Shown here: positions 1-12,143 of the stretch, one piece after another
How the letters are laid out: each line of letters starts with the position of its first letter
Numbering within the stretch: the first letter of the stretch is position 1
Source: Camelus ferus
Taxonomy: Eukaryota
Assembly: GCF_009834535.1 (NCBI RefSeq)
Contig: NC_045697.1
Location: 75,580,001-75,644,000 of the forward strand
Length of the DNA: 64,000 nt
Reading direction: 5' to 3'
The notes under the pieces: model-generated
Told to the model about the DNA's origin: nothing
The model's input: only the letters and a program-made list of their open reading frames with translations
Database searches by the model: none
Position numbers and translations under genes: made by a program

Positions 1-199
1 ATCAGTCTAAATCTCAGGAGAGAAACAGAGCAAGAGATGCATATTTAGCAAACATGTATAGTGGCTGAGTGACTTGGATTTAGATGAGATTCCTAAGAGA
101 GGTTTTGAATGGAAAGGTAAGAGGACACAGGAGAAAGCCCTAGGGTTCACAGATGCTTAAAGCAGAGTAGACGGATTTAGGGAAGGAGCTCCAGAAACA

Positions 200-382
200 T
201 GTTTTTCTTTTCATAACATTTATCACGCTTGTAATTACTGGTTTCATTTCCATATTTGCTGCTACACTCTAAGCTTCATGAAGATTGGGATCCATGTCTA
301 TAATATTCACTGTGTTATCATGACTCTGACAAGGGCCCAGTAAATAGTAGGTGATCAATAAATATTTGTTGAATGAATAAGT
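200..382 (+). mobile_element. LINE-2 3' end
   Basis: Ends in the typical L2 tail 'agtaggtgatcaataaatatttgttgaatgaataa'. Confidence 0.8.
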
Positions 383-648
383 CAACGCATTAATCCAAAG
401 TAATGCCTCCATGTGAACCCCCTTCAGCCCTCACTTCCTACCCTATGAGTGAATCTGATCTTTGACTCTTCTCTCTTTCATACATTCAGCCTCCCTCGTT
501 TTGTTAGCATTTCTCTTTGTTCTGTGGAAGGTCTATAAGAAAGGATAAAATTCATGAAATATCAATATTTACAAATACTGTGACCAAAAAAAGAAACTTG
601 AAAACTAATATTGGGTCCAATGGGCCCTGATGATATACTAGTAGTTGA
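383..648 (-). mobile_element. piggyBac (Looper-like) left-end fragment
   Basis: The reverse complement reads '...attggacccaatattagttttcaagtttctttttttggtcacagtatt...', which resembles my recollection of the Looper 5' end. It shares the 'ccattggaccc' motif with the piece ending near 1650. Confidence 0.55.
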
Positions 649-665
649 TACTAGTACAGAAAAAC

Positions 666-835
666 TAGTAGTTCTTGACCATTTTCATGTCATATTACAC
701 AGAAAATAACGCAGCACGCATGGGTAAATTGAGGTATCCACTCATGGGCCAAGAGAAGCCTGCCCGTAGACTGACAGAATCACTGTACTAAGAGACCTGT
801 TAACCGCTTGTGATGCACATGGTTGGGAAGCTCTG
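666..835 (+). mobile_element. hAT-Charlie MITE (Charlie15a-like)
   Basis: Right terminus is 'ggttgggaagctctg'. The internal order 'ttttcatgtcat...acacagaaaat...gggtaaat...cctgttaacc' parallels the copy at 25072. Confidence 0.65.
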
Positions 836-939
836 CACAGCCCTCTCTAAAGGCTTGTCCTACATTTTGAATACTGCTGTTTCCAGAATGTTACAAGATC
901 TGTGGGCGTATGTTTAGGCTGTTTATTCTTATAGAGACT

Positions 940-1150
940 GAGGGTAGTGCTTAAGAGAAGATTGCCTGGGTATGAATCTGGCTCTGCCACTCACTAATTA
1001 TGGGATCTTGAACAAGTTACTGCTCTTCTATGTACCTCAGTCTACTCCTTCATAAAATGGGATACTGATAGTGCCTACTCCATACAGTTGCTGTGAAGAT
1101 TAAATGATTAAATCACAATACATATAAAATGCTTAGAACAGTGCTTGACA
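940..1150 (+). mobile_element. MIR SINE
   Basis: MIR core 'gaatctggctctgccactcactaattatgggatcttgaacaagttac...cctcagt...taaaatggg'. Confidence 0.85.
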
Positions 1151-1154
1151 ATCA

Positions 1155-1665
1155 GAAAATATGATATTCTTATCCAGCTAATCACTTAACAGGAAAGACA
1201 ATAATTGCCATAATTCACAACAAGAACCTAGACCATACTGTTATTCTAAAGATACAAGTTTTCTCATTTGGGGATGTTCATGCACTAAAATTCATTTTAT
1301 GATTCATAAATGAAAAAATACTAGAGAAGCTCTGCATACAAAGATAATTGGAAGGAAATATATAAAGTATAAATTTAAAAATTCATTGAGATAATCATCC
1401 TAATTGGTGTTTATAAAGCTAAAAATAAAAATGTTCTGTAATTATGGAGGAAGGAAGATAGCAATTCTCTCTTCAACAAAATTAAGTCACTAGAGTTTTC
1501 AAAAATACTGTATTTGACAATGAAAGTGATGTTTAAATTTTTATTAAAATTTTAATATCACTACTTTTCACTATCTACCTTATTCTTACTTCTACAATTT
1601 CTTTGTTAAATGACCTAAAAATTTTTTTAATAAAAGTGATCCATTGGACCCGGAAGATAATCATA
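1155..1665 (+). mobile_element. piggyBac (Looper-like) transposase relic and right end
   Basis: About 1379-1500 translates as KFIEIIILIGVYKAKNKNVL*LWRKEDSNSLFNKI, matching the piggyBac DDE_Tnp_1_7 'FIGLLILMG...LW...FNKIMS' region. Subterminal 'gatccattggacccgg' lies at about 1638-1653. Confidence 0.75.
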
Positions 1666-2220
1666 ATGACTCAGCTTTAAACTCAGGATCTAAAAAATAA
1701 GTAGACTCAGGATCTAAAAGAAAAGAAATAAATAGCAACATTGTCTCCTTAGGGTTGACTGTATTGCTGTATTCGCCGTATTGAACAATTTGAAGGGCTG
1801 AAGAAAGCACTAAAAATAAACCTATGTTAAGATGAAAAGAAGAATAAATCATCAGCTCAGAGACAAAGTTGAAGGATATGAAATGACTGAACATATGCCA
1901 ATGGTGATTGAATTATGATTCCACACAAAATCCCCTTCAGACCTGTCTTTATGGAGACAACTAATCTCATGAACCCAATTGAGTTTAAATAGTCTGAGCA
2001 AAGAAAACTCGGCTTAGGGATCTCACTAGGGGCCATCACATTGAACTATAAATTTGTTGACGATGTTATAGGATTAAAATTCATGAGGATTGTTGCACAT
2101 AAAACTGCATAAGATATATAAATTACTTTTCTGAAATGAGTATCCAGCAACCTTTGTAATATGGAATTTTAATGTTAAAAAAATAAATTTTATCCCTTCT
2201 CTCATTTAAATAAAGATTTA

Positions 2221-2435
2221 TGTATCTGCCAGTTTTCTTCATTGTAATCATGAAAACCAACTTTGACTGTTTTAAGGAAAGGAAATTTATTGGAAGGATA
2301 TTGTAGGATCAGAGAATGAATGGGAGGCTGAAGCAGCAGGTTCTAACTTTCACTAAGATGATAATCAATAATGTGGGGAAAAAATAGGTGAGAGGATTCC
2401 TTGAAAGCAAATTGGGATGCTATTCAGAAAAAAAT
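2221..2435 (-). mobile_element. Old MaLR LTR fragment (MLT1K/L-like)
   Basis: 'tgtatctgccag...aaaaccaactttgactg...aaggaaatttattggaaggata' resembles the reverse complement of an MLT1 3' end with its polyA signal. Confidence 0.5.
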
Positions 2436-2779
2436 ATGTAATGCAGCTATCATGAATTAAAAAAGAGAGTCTATCATGTTAGAGAAGGAAAGGAATGAAG
2501 ATCAGTTAGGAGAAGTTCTAAGTATGAAATCAGTAATTCCAAGAGACCATATACAGGTCCTCAGGATTTCACAGAGTCAGACTCATAAGAGGTCAACTAC
2601 AAGAAAGTTGGATCATTGCCATTACAATAATGAAGTGAGCCAAGAACACCCTAGAGTCCAATGGGGACTGAACTGTGCATGCATCACTCCTAACTTCCTT
2701 GCTGATGGAGCCACTAGCTCAGGCTAATTATATTATAATGAGAAAATTCACTTGGAAATGAATAATAACATACACCCCA

Positions 2780-3680
2780 AAAAATTTACTCTCCCTACAG
2801 TTTTTCCTATTTTATTGAAAGCATCTCCATTCTTCCAGATGTTCCAGCCAAATTTATGGACTCAACCTTGATTTCTCTCACTCTTTCATACCCTACATCT
2901 AATCTATCAAAATTCTTGCTGACTATACATTCAAATTACATACATAATACCACTTCTTCTCATCACCTCCACTGACCTCCTAGATCTGAGTCAACATTAT
3001 TTCTAAATTACAACATCTTTTTAACAGGTCTCTGTTTCTATCTTTGCTCCTACCCCCACCACCTCAAGAGCCCATTCGCAACACCATAGTCAAAAGGACT
3101 TAAAATTTAAGTCAGAATATTTTTCCCCTGCTCAAAACCCTCTAAAGTGTTCCCTCTTTTACCCAAAAGAAATACCAAATCCTTACAATGGCCTAATGAG
3201 TCCTACATGCTACCCACTGAACCTCTTCTCCTACCATTTTGTCCCTTGCTCACTCTGCTGCTGTAACTTTGGCGTCTCACACACACCAGTAGCTCGCACC
3301 TGTAGTTGTTCTACCTGAAATGCTCTTCCCAAAGATAACCTGCTTGGCTAGCACCTCATCTCCTTCAAGTCTCTGCTCAAATGTCATCTTCTCAATGAGG
3401 CCCACTCTGACCACCTTAATTAATACTACAACCAGCTTCCCACCCCTAGTACTCCAGAGTTCACTTAGGCTGCTCTACTTTTCCTGTGCTCCATAACACC
3501 TATTAGTCTATTATATGCTCTATTATTTATAGTTATTATATATTGTCTCTGCCTCGACAAGAAATTAAGATCTGGCAGAATAGAGATCTTTGCTTTGTTC
3601 ACAATGTATCCCAAGAAAAATATTGCATTTTATAATCATATAGATATGACTCTAAAAATATCTGTTGAATAAATGAAATA
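2780..3680 (+). mobile_element. LINE-2 3' portion
   Basis: L2 motifs 'ccttcaagtctctgctcaaatgtcatcttctcaatgaggcc' and tail 'tgttgaataaatgaa'. Confidence 0.85.
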
Positions 3681-3971
3681 AATAGGAATGACATGTAGAG
3701 CAATGTGTGAAGGAGTTATTTCCATCTTGGAGTAGGGTTTAAGAAGATTTTGGACAGGGTTTGTCACAGACTAAGGATAAGAACATGGGAAATAACGTGA
3801 GTAAAGGGTTCAATTGAACTACAGAATAAAGTGCAAAATGACCATCCTTTTATAGGAAGGAGTATCTTTGTTTCTATATGAAGGACCTTAGATTAGAGTA
3901 ATTCTTTCAGACTTTCAAAAGGTAAATAGGAGTGATTTATATAATCCACGTGATTTAGGGGGAAACAAGAG

Positions 3972-4422
3972 TGTGTTAGTTTTTTTACAACTGCCTAACA
4001 AATTACCACAGACACAAGACAGAAATTTATTCCCTCACAGTTGTGGAGGTCAGAAGTCCAAAATCAAAGTGTCAGCAGAGCCACTGAGGGCTCTGCCTCT
4101 GAAGGCTGTAAGGAGAGAATCCTCCCTCACTTCCTCCAGCTCCTGGTAGCTCCACACTGTCCTTGGCTTGTGGCTATCTCACTCCAAACTCTGTTTCCTT
4201 CTTCACATGGACTTGTCTTCTGTATTTCTGTCTTCTCCTCTTTATCTCTAAGTGACACTTGTTACTGGATTTAGGGCTTACTCAGATAATCAGGATGATC
4301 TCATCTAAATATCCTTGATTACATCTGCAAAGACTTTTATTGCAAATAAGGTTGTATTCACAACTTCCAGAGATTTAGATAGGGACATATCTTTTGAGGG
4401 GGCCACCATTCAACCCACTAAA
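3972..4422 (-). mobile_element. MaLR solo LTR (MLT1C/D-like)
   Basis: Motifs 'acaaattaccaca', 'cagaaatttattccctcacagttgtggaggtcagaagtccaaaatcaaagtgtcagcag' and 'accattcaacccacta'. Confidence 0.85.
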
Positions 4423-4639
4423 GGGGACATATTTGGATCAATATATTTTCTCTTAGGATCTCTGCATTTAGGTAAGTTTCTGGCCATGAGGGAACTCTAT
4501 GGTTTTCACCTTGTGCCAATGACAGTCTAGCTCCAATAGACACTCAGAACCTCAATATCCATGCTCTGTAGTTATTTCCAAGTAAAACAATATTTGCTGC
4601 TTTTATTGTTTCTCAGCAAGGTTTGTATTGATTACATGT

Positions 4640-4807
4640 TAAATCATAACCAATATAAAAATTTTAATACACTATTTTACTTTCTTTTCATGTGTTATCT
4701 GTAAAATCCAGTGTGTATTTTGTACCTAGAGCATATCTCAATTCAGATTGTTCATATTTCAAGAGCTCTGTAGGCACATGTGATGGCTTCCCTACTGGAA
4801 AGCACAG
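4640..4807 (+). mobile_element. MER33-like hAT-Charlie fragment
   Basis: 'aaaatccagtgtgtattttgtacctagagcatatctcaattcag...cacatgtg...actggaaagcacag' is homologous to the 3' half of the copy at 34080. Confidence 0.7.
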
Positions 4808-7059
4808 GCCTATGGCAATGTCCGGCACATAGTCCATATTGAGTAAATATTACTGAATAAGTAAGTGATTGAATGAAGTATCCTATCTGATGCCAATGCT
4901 ACATAGAATGAAACCTTCAAGGGAGCAGAAAAGGTGAATCAAAAAGGGGATCTGTGCTGTGCATCCAAAGAACAATGGGAGAAGACTCCTACAATGTCTA
5001 CCTCATAAAACAGAAAGGACTTAGTCTTACAGAAATAGGACCATGGCCAATTTCCTGAATATCATTTCCTTGGGAGGGAAAGCTAAATGTAGCGTGATAG
5101 TGGTTTGGAATTAAATAATTGCCTTACAAGACATTTATTTCTAAAGAATGATCCAATTTTATCCTATAATATCTTCTAGAGATTGAAGTCACAAAACATG
5201 AGAATAGGACTCCTGCAAATCTATACAGAAGAATATGGAGTAAGGAAGAGGCTTAACCCAGCAAACACTGTAGTCCAGCTGTTATGCTTTTTGAACTTTT
5301 TATGTTCTAAAAACAAACAAACAAACAAAACGAAATTCATGGGTTTGTGTGACAGATGCTGGAGAACAGCTTCTGCTCTTTGACCTCAAATACACTCATG
5401 CAAATTACAACATGAAAGGTAGTCAGTGTCTTTATGGCTTGATTACCACCATGTTCACCCCCTGGGTTCTTGTATGGCTATTTTATACTTCCCCAAACCT
5501 GGCATGTTTGCTTAGTGTCAGGAACATGATTGCATAAATTAAGTTCTCTGACACAAACACACCATTAGCTCATTCTAAATCGGATGATCACTAATCACTT
5601 ATAATTTACTGTGCATGAATGCTATAGTGCTTCTTGAAGTGCCAAAATAAACTGTCAACAGTTTTAAAATATAGCAGCCCATTAATCTATCTAAACCAAG
5701 TCCTAGGATTTTCCTTTCATTAGCATTATGAATGCGGAAGCAGCTTCACTTCCTGAACTCTCCTTTTGAGCAGGGCCTCTACCTTGTGCAGTTTGTCCAA
5801 CATGCTTCCCCTTTCAAAACGGCATTTGAACCATGATTTGCAACCGAACTTAGGTTTGCTAGCCAAAAGCCTCTCACTTAGTATAATAAGTTATTACTGA
5901 GTCATGTCATACAATTTCTGCCTTGATAGAGCCTTCAGAGAAAGTATTTTGAAGACACTTCTGAAGTTTTAGATAGACCCCTTCTTACAAATAATTTATC
6001 TTATGAAATTAGAAGTTAAGACCCCAGTATTGACTAATGAACTGTTCAAAAGATTAACTATCAACCCTTGCTCTGCCTTCACATTTAACTCAGAAAAACA
6101 CTGGTTTTGCACAGCTTAATTTTTCCTCTAAGATCAATGAATGTTTTTACCTCTCATAGTTATTACAATCAAAATCATCCTTTGAACTCTCCTAAATCTG
6201 TCCTTTGATGAAAGATTTGAGAGTATAAAGAAAATATAAAATATTAATTGAACTATCATCAGCGGTCTACATCTTGTTGGAACACACTTCTGCCCTCCTC
6301 AGTGCTTTCAGTCTCACAAAATAGCCAGCTGTATGACAGATCTTTCCAAAGAAAACAGCCCAGAAAATGATGAACTGATGAATGGTCCAGTGGCGGCATT
6401 ATGTTAAACATGATCTTCATTTTCTTTTACTTTCTATTTTTGCCTGAAGTCTGAGTCAGGGCTCATACTGTAACTGGTAATGCTTTTTATTATTTAGAAA
6501 CAGAGTTAGGGAGGTAGTCTGACTTTAGGAAATCTTCCTGTAAAATAAAGATACATCTTAAGCAGTTAGATCCAATCTAATTTCCATATAAGTGAAAATT
6601 CCTTAAGTATTATATGAGGGAACCTGAGCCACTCAAACTTTTATACTTTTCAAATACAGAGATTTTATGGTTAATTTTATATTTTATTTCTATTGTTTAA
6701 ATAGCTCTCTCTCTAAAATGCTTTCCTCCAAGTTCATTAACTCTGTTTCCTGGTAGACTATTTAGAATTATATAAGTAATTATCTGCACTTATTTCTTAT
6801 TTTTATATTACTTTTCGCTAGAATGGTTGCATTTTTCCAGAAAATTATCATCTGAAAAGAATCAAAGTATCTTGCCAAAGACTTGCCAAAAATACAAAGT
6901 TCTCTTATGGGCTATTACTTATAGCCAAGTTATATGATAGCAATAAAACACCCTGAAAGAAAGAAAATTTGTAAATTTTTGAAATAGTTTTCAGTCTAAT
7001 CTATTCCTATCCAGTTTATATGGATATTTTATGGTATGAGATTTGAACCGTATTTTTAG

Positions 7060-8312
7060 TATTTTTATTGAAATATAGTTGCTGTACAATGTTATGTAAG
7101 TTGTAGATGTACAATACAGTGATTCAATTTTTAAAGATTATACTCCACTTAGAGTTATTATAAAACATTGACTATATTACTCATGTTGTACAATATATCC
7201 ATGTAGCTTATTTTATACCTAATAGTTTGTACCTCTTAATCCTCTACCCATATATTGCCCCTCCTCCTTCCCTCTCCCCACTGATAACCACTAGTTTGTT
7301 CTCTGTATCTGTGAGTCTGTTTCTTTTTTGTTATATTCACTAGTTTGTTGTATTTTTAAGATTCCACATATAAGTGACATCACACAGTATTTGTCTTCCT
7401 CTGTTTGACTCATTTCACTACATATAATGCCCTCCAAGTCCATCCATGTTGCTGCAAATGGCAAAATTTTGTTCTTTTTATGGCTAAGTAGTATTCCATT
7501 GTATATATATACCACATCTTCTTTATCCAGTTATCTGTTGATGGACACTTAGGTTGCTTCCGTATCTTGGCTATTGTAAATAATGCTGCTGTGAACACTA
7601 GGGTGCATGTATCTTTCCAAATTAGTGTTTTTGTTTTTTTCAGATATACTCTTGGGAGTGGAATTGCTGAGTCATATGGTAGTTCTGCTTTTAGTTTTTT
7701 GAGGAACCTCCATACTATTTTCCACAGTGGCTGCACTAATTTACATTCCCACCAACAGTGTACAGGGGTTCCCTTTTCTTCATATCCTTGGCAGTATTTG
7801 TTATTTGTGGTCTTTTTGATGATGTCCATTCTGACAGGTGTGAGGTGATCCCTCATTGTGGTCTTAATTTGCATTTCCCTGATGATTAATGATGTTGAGC
7901 ATCTTTTCATGTGCCTGTTGGCCATCTGCATCTCCTCTTTGGAAATATGTCTATTCATTCTTCTGCCCATTTGTTAATTAGGTTTTTTTTTTTTTGATGT
8001 TGAGTTGTATGAGCTGTTTATATATTTTGGTTATTAATCCTTTATCGGTTATATCATTTGCAAATATCTTCTCCCATCCAGTAGGTTGTCTTCTCATTTT
8101 GTCAATGGTTTCCTTTACTATGAAAAGATTAGTTCCCATTTGTTTACTTTTGCTTTTGTTTCCTTTGCTTTAAGAGATGGATCCAAAAAAAATATAGCTG
8201 TAGTTTACGTCAAAGGGTGTTTTGCCTATGTTTTCCTCTAGTTTTATAGTGTCCAGTCTTACGTTTAGGTCTTTAATCCATTTTGAGATAATTTTTGTAT
8301 ATAGTGTTAGAG
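7060..8312 (-). mobile_element. 5'-truncated LINE-1 (ORF2 C-terminus plus 3' UTR)
   Basis: ORF2 peptides [15 protein letters not shown] and [14 protein letters not shown], followed by an L1 3' UTR whose AATAAA reads as 'tttattg' at about 7064. Confidence 0.95.
7410..7970 (-). pseudogene. L1 ORF2 C-terminal (cysteine-rich) fragment, 186 aa open frame
   Basis: [35 protein letters not shown]...[23 protein letters not shown] is the canonical L1 ORF2 end. There is no EN or RT domain, so it is non-autonomous. Confidence 0.9.
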
Positions 8313-8858
8313 AATGTTCTAATAAATAACAGTAACATATAAATATAGATATAAACATATTCATATATATACATATGTTTAGTGGCAAATATCAAGATAC
8401 ACTTTATTACTTTATAGCAACTGCTCTGTAACCTCCTTCCTTTCGTCACACCATCCCCATTCCCTTCACTCTCTCTTACTTCCATATCGTGTAGATTCTG
8501 TTAACCTTCAGCAAATTTCATCACAAACATGTAGGAGTTGATCTAGGATTGAGGAGCATGTAAAATTATGGATTCTTTTTAGTAGTTTGAAGGAAGAAAG
8601 AAGTTTATAAAGGTTAATGCAACCACACTCATGAATTATATTCTACAGAATTAAAAAACTGTCATAAGCATTATTTTGAGAGAAAATATAGGTGGAGGTA
8701 GAGTCTGAGAACCCTTCTCTGTAGAAATTCAATTTGAGCTGAGCTGAGACCTGAAAGATAAGCCAGTTTCCATGCTCAAGATTTTCACAGTTAGAATGAC
8801 AGGCCAATAAACACAGTGATTAAATGTTCTCTCAATTAACTAAGAAAATGACCTGCAT

Positions 8859-8976
8859 GGGGGGGGGAGGATACAGCTCAATGGTTGAGTTCTGGATTCA
8901 ATCCCCAGTACCTCCATTAAAAAGAAGGAAGGAAGGAAGGAAGGAAGGAAGGAAGGAAGGGAGGGAGGGAGGGAGG
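8859..8976 (+). mobile_element. Camelid tRNA-derived SINE (Vic-1-like), internally deleted, with (GAAG)n/(GAGG)n tail
   Basis: Sequence 'ggggaggatacagctcaatggttgagttctggattcaatccccagtacctccatt'. TSD AAATGACCTGCAT (8846-8858) / AAATGACCTTCAT (8977-8989). Confidence 0.85.
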
Positions 8977-10469
8977 AAATGACCTTCATAACTTTACTCC
9001 CTATATTTCACATTTCCATTCAGAGAATCTCTTAGAAATAAAACAAAACCAAACACACTGCTGTTTCACAAACTATTAGGCATAGGAAGTTGCTGATAAT
9101 CCAAAACACTTCTTACCTCTAACAACCCAATAGGGAAATTCAAACAAAACCTCTCCTTGCAGTCCATTTACATGCTTTTCATCACCACATTAACAGTGAT
9201 CATAATACCAGAATAGTCTGTGGAAATTCTTTTCCCTGTAAAATCTTAGTTAAAAAAACACCAACTTATCCCACTGCTGAAGGTATACAGTATATACAGT
9301 GACCCAGATCCCAGAAAGAGTTCATAGTTTGGAAAGGAACCTCATTCTCTCATCTAGGAGAGAATTTACATTTTGTTGCCCACTTAAAGTTTAGGATGAT
9401 AACTAACACTCAGAAAGTCTGAGAAAGTAAAAATTTCCCTTCAATAATTGTTGTTACTGGTCCCACTCCACTCTCAATTTTTTTTTCCTTTTTTGATGTT
9501 CAGTATGAATAGGTTGTAAATGTATACGTTAGACCACAAAGAGTAACAACTCTAAATTAAGAATATTATCTATGAATGGGTTATCTTACTTTTCTGTTTG
9601 GTTACATTTGGAAAGCTCTAGCAATGAAAATAAAAGTATGCACAGATAAGAATTTTCCCTGTAGGTGTATTAGCATGAATTAGCCTTCTAAATGGATACA
9701 AATAAGCATAAAATTATAAAGACATGAATGGAAAAGAATGCTTCTCTTAACGTTTGAGGACTTAAAGCTTTATTTATTTTTTTTTACCTTGAAGACTCAA
9801 GTAAGTACAGATAATTTTGAAAGTATTCTCTTGGATGCACAGAAAGGTTTGGGACTAATAAGCTAATTTGTTAATGCTTCTTATATTCTTTACTAGGTCT
9901 TGTTTTGTATTTTGGAAAACTGGTCACTAAAAATTAGGATGGTAATCAGCTAACACCTACCGCTTCTGGGATCATGGTAGGCATAGCACACATCCAATCC
10001 AGTTTGTATATAAATTAAATGGAGACTAATGCCACTTTCTAAAAACAATGACTATGTCACAGAAAAGATGAAATTGCCAGAAATAGTAAGATCTTTCTTA
10101 AAAAATATATTACCAGGTCTCCAGGACTTACAGTTTGACATCTTTGCCTCAAAACACATTAAAAACAAGAAACAATATACTTCTTTGAAAACAATAATGC
10201 TTATTATCCCTATTTAGTATCTTTTCTATAAAACACAAGGGCTTAATTCCCATTGGGGAGTCTTTCCAGTTTCCAAAGTCTTTGCTCCTCTTTTACTGCA
10301 TAGTGACAATGGCTAGAGTTTTCTGCATAGTGTTGCCACCAAACACAAAGAGCACTTTTGCTCTAGGGAAATTTAATTCTAGAGATAAAAAAATGAAGGC
10401 ATATCAAGACTGAAGCACATGTCTATTCACTGTTATGGCTATTACGTTAACGATTATAATTAAAGCTGC

Positions 10470-10620
10470 CATTATTTAGAGGTAACCAGACGCCAGCTAA
10501 TATGCTAAGAATGTTACATACATTAACTAATTTTACTCTGCAAATAGGTCTTCAATTTGGATGTTATTTTTCCTATTCTACAGATGACAGAAGAACCTTA
10601 AGAAATGAATGACCTTATTT
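10470..10620 (-). mobile_element. MIR fragment
   Basis: 'tatgctaagaatgttacatacattaactaattttactct...cctattctacagatga'. Confidence 0.6.
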
Positions 10621-12143
10621 AGTAGTAAAGCAAGGACACTGAATCACTCCATTATACTAATTCTTAAATAATATAAATCATTTACTGAGCACCTACTCTG
10701 TACCAACCACTTACTACACTGCACCTTTTATAACTTGTTCCACACAATGACTTTAGTAACTCCACTTGATAGCTGTGCAATTGAGATTAAGGAAGATCAG
10801 TTATGCAGTTTCTTCCATGCCACCATGTCTCTCAAAGGGACAGAGGAACTGATACTGTAAATTCATGGAGCTTGGTTAACACCCTTCCTCATTAATGCTT
10901 ATTCATCCATTAGTCATTAGCACACTTATTTATTCACACACTTAATCTTATTCCCAGTCCTTCAGAGGTAATTATTTGTCCCCTGTGATCATTGTAAATG
11001 GCCCTGATATACAATTACCTATGCTCTGGACTGTTTGATTATATTAAAATATCAGCAAATGCCCAGGGACTTGAGCTCCCACTTTTAACTATTGTATCAT
11101 TAACAATTATTAATGTGAGAGACAGAGTGAGTGTTTCAATATAAACAGCTTCAATGACTGTAAAATTACCAAAGCAAAAGTTCATAGATCCTAACTACCA
11201 GAGAAGACATGGGCTCTGCTAAGAATAGCTCTGATCACAGCCAGAGAGAGTCCCTGGAGAGTTTTTGATTTGATATATGATATAGCAGTTTAAGACACTA
11301 TATTTTTGACAGTTAAATTACTTATCTCTTCAATGTTCCAAATTTAACTTCTGGTTTTAATTTAAAATCATCATAAACTATTTATAATTTATCAGTAAAA
11401 TGATTATTTACAGAAACTCAATCCTAGGTCGTAGAATAATTCTTTGGTTTTGTAAGAGGAGGGAAAAAATGAGTCCAGAGAATCAATATAAAAGATTGTT
11501 AATTATGTATACACGTCCTCCTCCCCATCCCTGAATCCCAAAATGGAGATTTTTTTTTCTCACTTCAGTTTGTATATTTTATAGTAGACTCAAATTTGGA
11601 TCAACTTTTTGTAAAGACTTACTGGCTTCAACATAGATTGTCTGCCTAGTAGTCAAGTTACCAGCCTACTGGAACCTGATGTGAATCACTTCCCATCCAT
11701 GGCCCACAGTCAATCTCTTTCTTAGATAAAGTTATATGAAATAGTGAAATTTTAAACCTGAGCTCAATATATGACTAGCTGCAGAATAAAGTTTTTTGAT
11801 AATTTTTGTTTAACTGATAGTCAGGTGTGCATTAGTCTTTCAGGGGCTTAAAATGAGCTCAGAAGAAAAATACAACAGCACATACATTTCACCAATTCTT
11901 GTACTATACAGCTGTTCTCAATTTCTAAAAACCAATACTACACTCTGGATCACAGAACTTTGGTTTTTACATTAAAAAATACACTAGGATAAAAAGCAAA
12001 ATCACAAGGAGCAGAGTACAACACAGCTCAGGATCAAAATAACTTTTTTTTAGCTAGAGATAAAAGAATACTTAAATTTTGGTAAAATACCTGTTTGGAC
12101 AGTTTCAAATGTGGTGGGGTAAGGAGTGCATTATTTATTTATA

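Noticed and set aside
1661..2039. Overlapping minus-strand ORFs (77 and 60 aa) considered as an endogenous viral element or NUMT
   Set aside because: No recognisable viral or mitochondrial protein motif in the frames I translated, and stops are frequent.
7665..7675. Perfect ARE motif TGCTGAGTCAT
   Set aside because: It lies in L1 ORF2 sequence, where minor drift from the consensus produces it. No other support.
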